Made by a program: the position numbers and the translations under genes
IMG/VR virus record: IMGVR_UViG_3300032330_001133
Coordinates: 1-29,144 of that record
Source: a virus
Taxonomy: Duplodnaviria > Caudoviricetes
DNA length: 29,144 bases
Reading direction: 5' to 3' (one strand)
Notes under the pieces: generated by a model
Databases searched by the model: none
Seen by the model: only the letters and a program-made list of their open reading frames with translations
What the model was told of the DNA's origin: nothing
Shown here: positions 17,739 through 24,873 of the stretch, one piece after another
How the letters are laid out: each line of letters opens with the position of its first letter
Numbering within the stretch: the first letter of the stretch is position 1

Positions 17739-18143
17739 ATGGGAGACAGAGCAAACTTCGTATTCGTACAACCTAACGGGCATTCAATTGTGCTCTACGG
17801 TCATTGGGCTGGATATAACATGCTAGCAAATCTAGCAGAGGCCGCAATTAAAGCACAGGGGCGCTGGTCGGACCCTTCATATGCAACACGTATCACCATT
17901 AGCAATATGATTGGTGAAGGCTGGGCAATGGAGACAGGCTGGGGATTAAGTGTAGACCAAATTCAAGATAACGAACATAAGATTCCTGTTATCGATTTTG
18001 CTCAACAGACATTCAGTCTTCATGACGAGGCTCCATATGCAGATGCATCTTGTAAGGTTCGAGGGATGAGCAATGATGCTATCTTCACACAGGACCTATC
18101 AACGTTCTGCGAAAAATACTCGGATTCGTTGGTTCGAGTTTAA
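17739..18143 (+). CDS. Hypothetical phage protein (MGDRA...LYGHWAG)
   Basis: 134-aa ORF; GGCGGA upstream. Confidence 0.75.
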   Translation: MGDRANFVFVQPNGHSIVLYGHWAGYNMLANLAEAAIKAQGRWSDPSYATRITISNMIGEGWAMETGWGLSVDQIQDNEHKIPVIDFAQQTFSLHDEAPYADASCKVRGMSNDAIFTQDLSTFCEKYSDSLVRV

Positions 18144-18405
18144 ATAGTTAAACAAAGGTGCCCCTATAGTCTTCGCAGGCCAGGGGTTAAATAAAGCATC
18201 GGATTTTACTTTCGTTGGTTACCGATAGCAGCCTGTGTAAAGCTTGACAAAATGATCAATATGCCCCCAAAAGATTGAGGGTATCAAATCTCTTTTACGG
18301 AGTCAATATAAAAAGTCCTGAAAATTTGTGAGCTTTGCCACAATGTGGGCGGGATCACAGGGATTTTCTATTCCAAATGTCAGTGGTCTGATATATAATT
18401 ATCAC

Positions 18406-18546
18406 ATGAAAACAAGATGCAATATGTGTATGAATATCTATGATGAGATTGTCATTATGGAATGTTCTGAATGTTTAACTGATGATTACTTAATGGATTT
18501 GTCAGTGGTGCCTGCTACAATTACTTCAAACAACGAAAGGATATAA
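18406..18546 (+). CDS. 46-aa Cys4 microprotein, leaderless, with embedded promoter
   Basis: TATAAT 6 nt before ATG; CNMC...CSEC. Confidence 0.55.
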   Translation: MKTRCNMCMNIYDEIVIMECSECLTDDYLMDLSVVPATITSNNERI

Positions 18547-18547
18547 A

Positions 18548-19321
18548 ATGCCAAATTGGGTATATAACACCTTGACTATCCAAGGTCCAAAGTCTGAAAT
18601 AGATATGATTAAAGATAGATTAGGTAAGCCATTTACTATATCTGTAGAGAACTTTGGTATGGGTGATATTAGTGCCAATGGTTTTCCTATGAAGATTAAA
18701 GAGGTTACTTATTCTAACCCCGTTTTTGCTTTCCATAATATCCATTCATATAAGGATGACGGCATTACTGATGAGGAATATGCCTGCCAGCCAAATCATG
18801 GCGATATCGACATGAAGTCTCCTGATTGGTTTGCTAAATCTGTCGAATACGCCAAAACTCAAAAAGACTGGTATTCATGGAACAATTCTAATTGGGGAAC
18901 TAAATGGGATGTAGCCGTATCTGATGATGACAAATATCCAAACACAGAACTAATTGAATATAAATCAGACGGTGATGACAATTGGGTTGTATATAAGTAT
19001 GAGACTGCTTGGTCACCTGCGATTACTATTTTAACTAAACTAAGTAATCTTGTTCCTAACTCCCTGCTCACATTAGAGTATGAGGAGGAAACAGGTTGGG
19101 GTGGGGAGTATGAGATTGTCCGTGGTGATGTAAAAGAAATCATGGAATATGAAAATCGCTGCTATGCTTGCCAATCTTTAAATACATTAGAGTATTGTGA
19201 AGATGACTGCGGTGAATTTTGCTCTGAATGTAACCAAGGCTCTTGGCAAGATGAAGAGGCTATGAAAGAATGTCAGACCCACATGGTATTATTAGAATCT
19301 AAAGAAAAGGCGGATGCATAA
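18548..19321 (+). CDS. DUF1281/YubB-like ferredoxin-fold protein with Cys-rich tail
   Basis: MPNW.N.L, WYSWNNSNWGTKWD, YETAWSP, YEEETG; C-terminal CxxC repeats. Confidence 0.78.
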   Translation: MPNWVYNTLTIQGPKSEIDMIKDRLGKPFTISVENFGMGDISANGFPMKIKEVTYSNPVFAFHNIHSYKDDGITDEEYACQPNHGDIDMKSPDWFAKSVEYAKTQKDWYSWNNSNWGTKWDVAVSDDDKYPNTELIEYKSDGDDNWVVYKYETAWSPAITILTKLSNLVPNSLLTLEYEEETGWGGEYEIVRGDVKEIMEYENRCYACQSLNTLEYCEDDCGEFCSECNQGSWQDEEAMKECQTHMVLLESKEKADA

Positions 19322-19482
19322 TGGAAACAGACTACAAGCCATATACAATAGATGAATTAGTTACAGCAATCTATGAGGACAACTTTTCTCATTTTGATTT
19401 CATGGATAACATGAATGGTGGGGATTGCGATTGCAATCTCCATATGGCAATGGATTTAATTGTAAAGTATTGGGGGGAGTAA
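19321..19482 (+). CDS. 53-aa hypothetical protein
   Basis: METDYKPYTIDELV...DCDCNLH; AAGGCGGA upstream. Confidence 0.62.
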   Translation: METDYKPYTIDELVTAIYEDNFSHFDFMDNMNGGDCDCNLHMAMDLIVKYWGE

Positions 19483-19715
19483 TGACTCGATCATCTGCAT
19501 TCATGGAGTATATGAAACTACATGAAATTAGTCTATTACAAGATGCTGAAAAGCTTCAAGACCTTATGAGTAATTATGAATATAACTACGATTCAGATGA
19601 ATATACTGAATTAGAGATTGCTGACTATCATAATACTGGAGAACTTATCGCTACCCGCCACCTTTTGTCAGTGGCTACTGATATAATGAACAACTCTAAC
19701 GAAAGGTATGAATAA
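19482..19715 (+). CDS. Acidic hypothetical protein
   Basis: Start MTRSS with GGGGAG SD. Confidence 0.65.
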   Translation: MTRSSAFMEYMKLHEISLLQDAEKLQDLMSNYEYNYDSDEYTELEIADYHNTGELIATRHLLSVATDIMNNSNERYE

Positions 19716-20005
19716 TGAGCAAAGTCAATCTAGAGCCCCACCTCCTCCGCCAGGTAAACCTTGGTGTTGACGGGGCAGACATCATGCACGGGGAACTAAA
19801 GGTCCTCATGCTTGAAGCAGAACAGCAATTAGAGTATGCCCAGCAAGCCGAAGAGGATTCAGGCGAAGCAATGGATTCTATGGAACGGAAGTACTGGGAA
19901 GGTGTCCTTGATACATATGGCGAGTTATATCAACTTACATATGACATAGCATTTGCTAAGAATGATAAAGTAATTAAAGATATGAAGGAGCACATCAATG
20001 GCTGA
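19715..20005 (+). CDS. Hypothetical protein
   Basis: AACGAAAGG upstream; TAATG coupling. Confidence 0.72.
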   Translation: MSKVNLEPHLLRQVNLGVDGADIMHGELKVLMLEAEQQLEYAQQAEEDSGEAMDSMERKYWEGVLDTYGELYQLTYDIAFAKNDKVIKDMKEHING

Positions 20006-20345
20006 TATGGACCTACAAGACAAGACACGTATGCAGGATATCTATAAGGATATTAATCTAATTGTAGATAAGATTGGCGAACTACAGGTCTTCCCTCCCC
20101 TGGTTTGGGTGTGGACCTGGGATGTAGCAGCAACTATTCTAAAAGACATTCGTGAGGGCGGAGACCCTGATTACAATGTAACAATGGATGAAGAAGAAAT
20201 GTGGGCACTGTTCTACACACAGGCCGACAAGAATGGCTTCACACTGGAGTACGGCACAGAGGACCTATATGAAGCCGTACGGGACTGGATGATCGATGAA
20301 TCTATTATAAAAGAAATACTAGAGGAGGAGGAAGAAGATGAGTAG
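19998..20345 (+). CDS. Acidic hypothetical protein
   Basis: AAGGAG SD. Confidence 0.72.
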   Translation: MADMDLQDKTRMQDIYKDINLIVDKIGELQVFPPLVWVWTWDVAATILKDIREGGDPDYNVTMDEEEMWALFYTQADKNGFTLEYGTEDLYEAVRDWMIDESIIKEILEEEEEDE

Positions 20346-20446
20346 TGGAGAATGTATCTGCGAAGAAGGCAAGAAAGCACATCCTAAGTGCACTTACCCA
20401 CCTTGTATTGAGAATGGGTTGAATGAAGGGTATGGGGACTATGGAG

Positions 20447-20578
20447 ATGAGTGATGAGTACATCAATGATCAATTAAATAAAGCTCAAAAGCTTTTATGG
20501 GGTGGGTCCGAAACTGAAAACATCGAAGCCCATAACATCATTGCTAGATTAATTAAAGATCGAGTGGTAGAGGACTAA
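20447..20578 (+). CDS. 43-aa hypothetical protein
   Basis: MSDEYINDQLNKAQKLLWGGSETEN... Confidence 0.5.
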   Translation: MSDEYINDQLNKAQKLLWGGSETENIEAHNIIARLIKDRVVED

Positions 20579-20635
20579 TATTTCGTGGGCCTAAAAAATG
20601 GCTTACGAACACAATTAAATATAGCCTGGAAACTA

Positions 20636-20664
20636 TTGACCAAATCGGCAATAGTTGATATAAT
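20636..20664 (+). promoter_or_regulatory. sigmaA-type promoter with overlapping inverted repeat
   Basis: TTGACC-N17-TATAAT; AACTATTG...CAATAGTT. Confidence 0.7.
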
Positions 20665-20704
20665 CAATATAGAAAACTAATATCTCTTGAAAGGGGATTA
20701 TCAA

Positions 20705-20854
20705 ATGACAACAAAGCGTGAATATCTAAAGCAGCAGGGCATTACAGTTGGTGTACGTGGTCGCTTCTCAGGAGCAGCCAAGGTAGCCATTCAGGAAGCT
20801 ATCTCAAAGGGAGTTACCTTCACCGATCCACAGCCTGTCAAGAAGGCTAAGTAA
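20705..20854 (+). CDS. 49-aa Lsr2-like DNA-binding-domain protein
   Basis: KREYLKQQGITVGVRGRFS resembles the Lsr2 C-terminal REWA...G..V..RGRI AT-hook-like segment. Confidence 0.6.
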   Translation: MTTKREYLKQQGITVGVRGRFSGAAKVAIQEAISKGVTFTDPQPVKKAK

Positions 20855-20861
20855 TAGGGTT

Positions 20862-20896
20862 GGGGAGGGTCAGTACCAGGGGTGTTGACCTTCCCC
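20862..20896 (+). terminator. Hairpin overlapping the next promoter's -35
   Basis: GGGGAGGGTCAG...TTGACCTTCCCC followed by TACAAT. Confidence 0.5.
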
Positions 20897-20945
20897 ACAT
20901 ATTTTGATACAATCTAGGGTTACAACTTAAAAGGCGGAGGAACAA

Positions 20946-21218
20946 ATGGCTAAAGAAACTATCGAGAACAAAGTAATCAATGTCTTGTTGGAGGCATTAG
21001 ATAATCATTGGTTTAATCCAACACTTGTAGCACATGGTCTAGTATCAAACAATCCAATTTATACCCAAGACAAACTATCTGACCTCATTGTAGAAATAAT
21101 TAAACAGCAATCTCACCGTTATAATAACGAATGGGAATTGGGGCGGACATCAGAAGGTCTAATGATGAGTGCTAGACTAAATGATATGGTCGAAGCATTT
21201 GAACCAATACCAAGTTAA
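20946..21218 (+). CDS. Hypothetical protein
   Basis: AAGGCGGAGG upstream. Confidence 0.72.
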   Translation: MAKETIENKVINVLLEALDNHWFNPTLVAHGLVSNNPIYTQDKLSDLIVEIIKQQSHRYNNEWELGRTSEGLMMSARLNDMVEAFEPIPS

Positions 21219-21790
21219 TTAAATATAAAAGCTATAAGACCGAACAGATATAATTATCTAAGTATTACTCATATAGCCCAAATTATCCACAGGTTTATCC
21301 ACAGCCTGTGGATTTTTTGTGTGATCATTATGGGCCAAATTTGCGCTTTACGACGCATCTAAAAAATTCGCTGAAATCTGGGGAAATGTGTAGCAAATCT
21401 TCCAGAATCTGTCAATATATAGACAAAATAGATCAAAATGTCTAATATTTCTAATAGTTTAAATAGACATATTTAGATCAAAATTGGTCAATGTGGGCCA
21501 AATTGTCCATTTACGAAGGCATTGACAAAATCCCTGAAATATGTTCTATTGACAATATGGGGAGAATATGCCATTTAGACATTACGAGGGGATATGTATA
21601 AGGTTTGTCCCATTACACATATATCTAAATACATATATATAGATAGTAATTGGTAGCTAATTAATAGTATTTATTCTCCACTTTACTCCACAATACTCCC
21701 TTTTAGAAGCCTTCTAAGGGCTATATCAAGGGAGATAAATGGGAGGGGGATATAGGAGTTAGAGACCATATTGCTCTAATTTATAGAGCT
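21219..21790. other. Candidate replication origin
   Basis: ~570 bp non-coding at the strand convergence; three clustered DnaA boxes, short repeats and an AT-rich tract. Confidence 0.5.
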
Positions 21791-22258
21791 TTATCTTTGG
21801 TCTTGGAACTTAATTCCATGCCAATAGCCAGTATCTCTATTAAACCAATCCATCATAGATCCATCTTCTAGCATATCGATAGATTCTTTAGAATGTTCTT
21901 CTGGTCTTGTAGCATTGTATATATGTGGATACTTGCTGTCATCAGTTACAGTTACTCTTGTTATTAACCACATTGGATCATCATCTAGTGTGTCTCCTAG
22001 TGATTCAAATATAGGTTCGTACTCTACTTCTATTCTGCCTGTTGTATTTCCGCCAAATAATTCACCCCATGTAGTTGAGGCATGTCTGGATGATTTAGGT
22101 CCAGATTTAAGACCACCTTCTGAATATCCATAAATTGCCCATGCCTGCTCTTGCGCTGCATCAAGGCTGATTTCACCTGACTCTACCATAAACAATAAAC
22201 CCTCAATAGTATCTTTAGTGGCTTGTTTAATTAAATCAGCAATCATTACCTTTTTCAT
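21791..22258 (-). CDS. Hypothetical protein
   Basis: 155-aa ORF. Confidence 0.68.
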   Translation of the reverse strand: MKKVMIADLIKQATKDTIEGLLFMVESGEISLDAAQEQAWAIYGYSEGGLKSGPKSSRHASTTWGELFGGNTTGRIEVEYEPIFESLGDTLDDDPMWLITRVTVTDDSKYPHIYNATRPEEHSKESIDMLEDGSMMDWFNRDTGYWHGIKFQDQR

Positions 22259-22261
22259 GGC

Positions 22262-22453
22262 TTATTTGCAAGCCAAGCAGTAGAAAGGATTTCTCATATG
22301 CTCTTGTCCAATTACAATGAATTGAGAGCACTTGGCACATTTTGCAGTCATTAGACCATGATCCTCAAGCTCTGGTAAATGGATCAAAGGATCTCTTGTG
22401 TAATATAGTTTAGTTGCATACCATGTAATGGCTATTAGTAGTATAGTTATCAT
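22262..22453 (-). CDS. Small membrane-anchored Cys4 protein
   Basis: Hydrophobic N-terminus; CAKC...CLAC. Confidence 0.65.
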   Translation of the reverse strand: MITILLIAITWYATKLYYTRDPLIHLPELEDHGLMTAKCAKCSQFIVIGQEHMRNPFYCLACK

Positions 22454-22465
22454 TTTGGTCCCGCC

Positions 22466-22663
22466 CTATTTATTTCTAGGGATAAGGGTCTGTGGACCTT
22501 CTGTGCCAAACATAGACTTCTTGATAGGTACGCAATTAGGCACCATTCGTCCATCTTTCTCCTTCATGCCTTCCTGCTTATAGCCAGACCAGCATGCTTT
22601 CTGAATATTGTCCCATTTGTCTAGTTCTTCATCATCTGATAAGTAATCCATTGTATTGTCCAT
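22466..22663 (-). CDS. Small protein with CWxGY...VPNCVP motif, leaderless
   Basis: KACWSGYKQEGMKEKDGRMVPNCVP; TATAAT 6 nt before the ATG. Confidence 0.68.
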   Translation of the reverse strand: MDNTMDYLSDDEELDKWDNIQKACWSGYKQEGMKEKDGRMVPNCVPIKKSMFGTEGPQTLIPRNK

Positions 22664-22769
22664 AATCCTATTATATCATTTGTTGTCACGTAGTGACTGG
22701 ATGGTCTCTACCGCCGCCGATTTTCACTAATTGCGATCAATATAGTCTATATTATTCTAGTTGACTAGA

Positions 22770-23282
22770 TTAGTTAGGCATAGGCTTTAGCTTATCATAT
22801 GGGACAACCCATGTCTTATTATTATATTTAGATAGATATTCATCTTTCATACATTCATGTCCGTACATCCATCCTATAGCTTTATAGGGAGTACTTCTTC
22901 TCTTCTCATCCCGCCCAGTTCTATTCTTGATTGCCATACCATCGATCATCAAGACATATCTTAGTTCTGGGTTATCTCTGGTTGTAAATCTAAGTCCGCC
23001 CTGTGGATTAAATGAATATCTAATCTCACCTACACCTGGCACATCCAGCTCTGTCTTCCATTTGTTAAAGTGTGGCACAAACTCTGATTGTCCAAGCATC
23101 CTCGCAAATGCCAGCTCTGACCCTGCACATACGACATGCTGCCACATCTCCCAGAGATCGCCTTCAGCATAGTTGATATTTCGGCTAGGATCACCAAAGT
23201 ACGGCTTCTGGCGTTGATATCCTACCTCTACGCAAATGCCTTCTTCTTCAGCCGTTAGGCTATATTCCCATCTATTGCTCAC
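22770..23282 (-). CDS. Hypothetical phage protein, possibly PD-(D/E)xK-like fold
   Basis: 170-aa ORF; ELAFA...DV...EIRYS...GW pattern. The fold call is weak. Confidence 0.7.
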   Translation of the reverse strand: MSNRWEYSLTAEEEGICVEVGYQRQKPYFGDPSRNINYAEGDLWEMWQHVVCAGSELAFARMLGQSEFVPHFNKWKTELDVPGVGEIRYSFNPQGGLRFTTRDNPELRYVLMIDGMAIKNRTGRDEKRRSTPYKAIGWMYGHECMKDEYLSKYNNKTWVVPYDKLKPMPN

Positions 23283-23749
23283 ACTTTAATCATTTCATAT
23301 ACAAAATTGCCTATGCGTCTATCTAAGAATGTAACCTTGAAGTTGGGTATATGCTCCCAATATCCTCTAGAATACTTCTCATATAGCTCATGGGTATGGT
23401 CAAAGTAATACATGCTATCTTCGTGATAACCTCTTTTATCTACTGGATCCCGCCAAAGTTCTGGATTATCATATGCTGGTAGTCTCAATATCAAAATGCC
23501 TCCTGGTTTAAGGATTCTATGAATCTCTCTGATCCAGTCAATAATTGGTATATTTAGCATCTGCATCACATCAATTGAATATACTCTATCCCATGAGTTA
23601 TCTTCCCATGGCCAAGGTATCGTGTTTAAATCATGAGTAACATCTATGTGATCTGAATGCTTCCAGAATCCATGATGGGTGCATTCTTCAAGTCCTGGCC
23701 TAAGCCAGGTGCCTGAGCCAAGTTCCAGCATCTTCATTTTTTTATTCAT
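23279..23749 (-). CDS. Class I SAM-dependent methyltransferase
   Basis: LELGSG motif I; HDLN..PWP.EDNS.D; EIHRILKPGG. Confidence 0.85.
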   Translation of the reverse strand: MNKKMKMLELGSGTWLRPGLEECTHHGFWKHSDHIDVTHDLNTIPWPWEDNSWDRVYSIDVMQMLNIPIIDWIREIHRILKPGGILILRLPAYDNPELWRDPVDKRGYHEDSMYYFDHTHELYEKYSRGYWEHIPNFKVTFLDRRIGNFVYEMIKV

Positions 23750-23762
23750 TTCCGCCTCTATG

Positions 23763-23833
23763 CTTTGGGTGATGGTATCGAACCATCGTTTACAGGTTCG
23801 GAACCTGGTGTACTACCATTATACGAACCCAAA
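23763..23833 (-). tRNA. tRNA with anticodon CCG (nominally Arg), atypical body, CCA not encoded
   Basis: TTTGGGT-TC-GTAT-AATGGTA-GTAC-A-CCAGG-TT-CCG-AA-CCTGT-AAAC-GATGG-TTCGATA-CCATC-ACCCAAA-G. Confidence 0.82.
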
Positions 23834-23958
23834 ATGTTTATTCTTCTAGCAGGTGCTTATTCTCTTCAAATGCCTTTAGCATTGCTTCTCTTAGCTTTTC
23901 ATGCTTCAAAGCGCTGTGCATGCCGTCACACTCTGGATAGTTATTAGATAAACCACAC

Positions 23959-24237
23959 TTACATACTGCCATTTACTTCAGCCTCTCTAGCCCATTGATC
24001 TTCCCACAAACCCATGAGGGATTCATTTCCAATATCATCAAAATAATAGCGTTTATTGGTAGTATTATATGTCCAGCCATACCATCTGTCGCCTTCAGAC
24101 CATGTCAGATTAGTTGGGCTCTCATTTTCTGATTGCCACATAGCCTTATCTATAGATTGATATAATCTTACTTCATCAAAGATAGCATGCCTTAATGAGT
24201 CCCACCTAAATATTCTATTAACTAACCAATTAATCAT
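23959..24237 (-). CDS. Trp-rich hypothetical protein
   Basis: Start MINWLV with GAGGA SD. Confidence 0.68.
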   Translation of the reverse strand: MINWLVNRIFRWDSLRHAIFDEVRLYQSIDKAMWQSENESPTNLTWSEGDRWYGWTYNTTNKRYYFDDIGNESLMGLWEDQWAREAEVNGSM

Positions 24238-24676
24238 TATAGTAATCCTCTGTGTCAGTGTATTCGCCGTTCTTGTTCTGTCTCCAATAGGTACGATTCT
24301 TATGGCAATTAGAGCATACAATATCACATTTAGCTATCTCATCAATAAGCTGTTGAATCGTGAAGTCTCTTGCCCGTCTTCCGCCAATTGTAAATAGCTT
24401 TTCATACTCAGGCAAATGATCAAACTCTAGCATCCAATATGGATAGTCTTCTCTGCAATCGGCGCAACGCTTACCCTGCTTCTGTTCACGTATAAATGCA
24501 ATATTGCGATGCCTAGACTGCTTTTGCCTGTTCTTAGTCTTTTCTTTTTGGCCTTTACCGCAATGGTAAGATACATTGGATTTAGAGCATCCTAGTATCT
24601 CTACGATTTGCTTATATGACTTACCTTCTCCATATAGCTTTAAAATATTGTCTTTTAAAGTTGTATCAGCTTTCAT
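24230..24676 (-). CDS. HNH endonuclease with N-terminal helix-turn-helix
   Basis: GKSYKQIVEILGCSKSNVSYH; CADC...FDH...KCDIVCSNCH. Confidence 0.85.
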   Translation of the reverse strand: MKADTTLKDNILKLYGEGKSYKQIVEILGCSKSNVSYHCGKGQKEKTKNRQKQSRHRNIAFIREQKQGKRCADCREDYPYWMLEFDHLPEYEKLFTIGGRRARDFTIQQLIDEIAKCDIVCSNCHKNRTYWRQNKNGEYTDTEDYYND

Positions 24677-24770
24677 CAGGATCCTTTTCCCATGTCAACT
24701 TTCCATCTTTATATACTGGCCAATAGCCTAATGAACGCCAGTCCATCTTCATAATCTTAGGCTCTTTCAT
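24666..24770 (-). CDS. 34-aa microprotein
   Basis: MKEPKIMKMDWRSLGYWPVYKDGK...; GGCGGA upstream. Confidence 0.5.
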   Translation of the reverse strand: MKEPKIMKMDWRSLGYWPVYKDGKLTWEKDPDES

Positions 24771-24873
24771 TATCCGCCACCGAATAATATGACTCTAGAT
24801 CAAACTCTTTATCAAACTCAGCTTCATTCATATAGTAAATATACTATATGCGAGGAATTGTGTCAATAGGTAT

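Larger units (their letters stand above)
10889..19687 (+). repeat. Dispersed promoter repeat TGTCAG-N10-TAnnnT, 15 copies
   Basis: TGTCAG starts at 10889, 11105, 11884, 12191, 12941, 13352, 14108, 14391, 15348, 16545, 16712, 18378, 18500, 19271 and 19666, each exactly 10 nt before a -10-like hexamer. Confidence 0.85.

Noticed and set aside
18160-18270. Firm pistol ribozyme call
   Set aside because: The conserved core and cleavage-site nucleotides could not be placed; kept only as a structured-RNA candidate.
11738-18400. CRISPR array or insertion-sequence interpretation of the repeats
   Set aside because: Repeats are degenerate, separated by whole genes, and have no constant spacer length, cas gene or transposase.
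23765-23947. 60-aa plus-strand ORF
   Set aside because: Antisense to the tRNA; the MGDGIEP pattern is a tRNA T-arm artefact.
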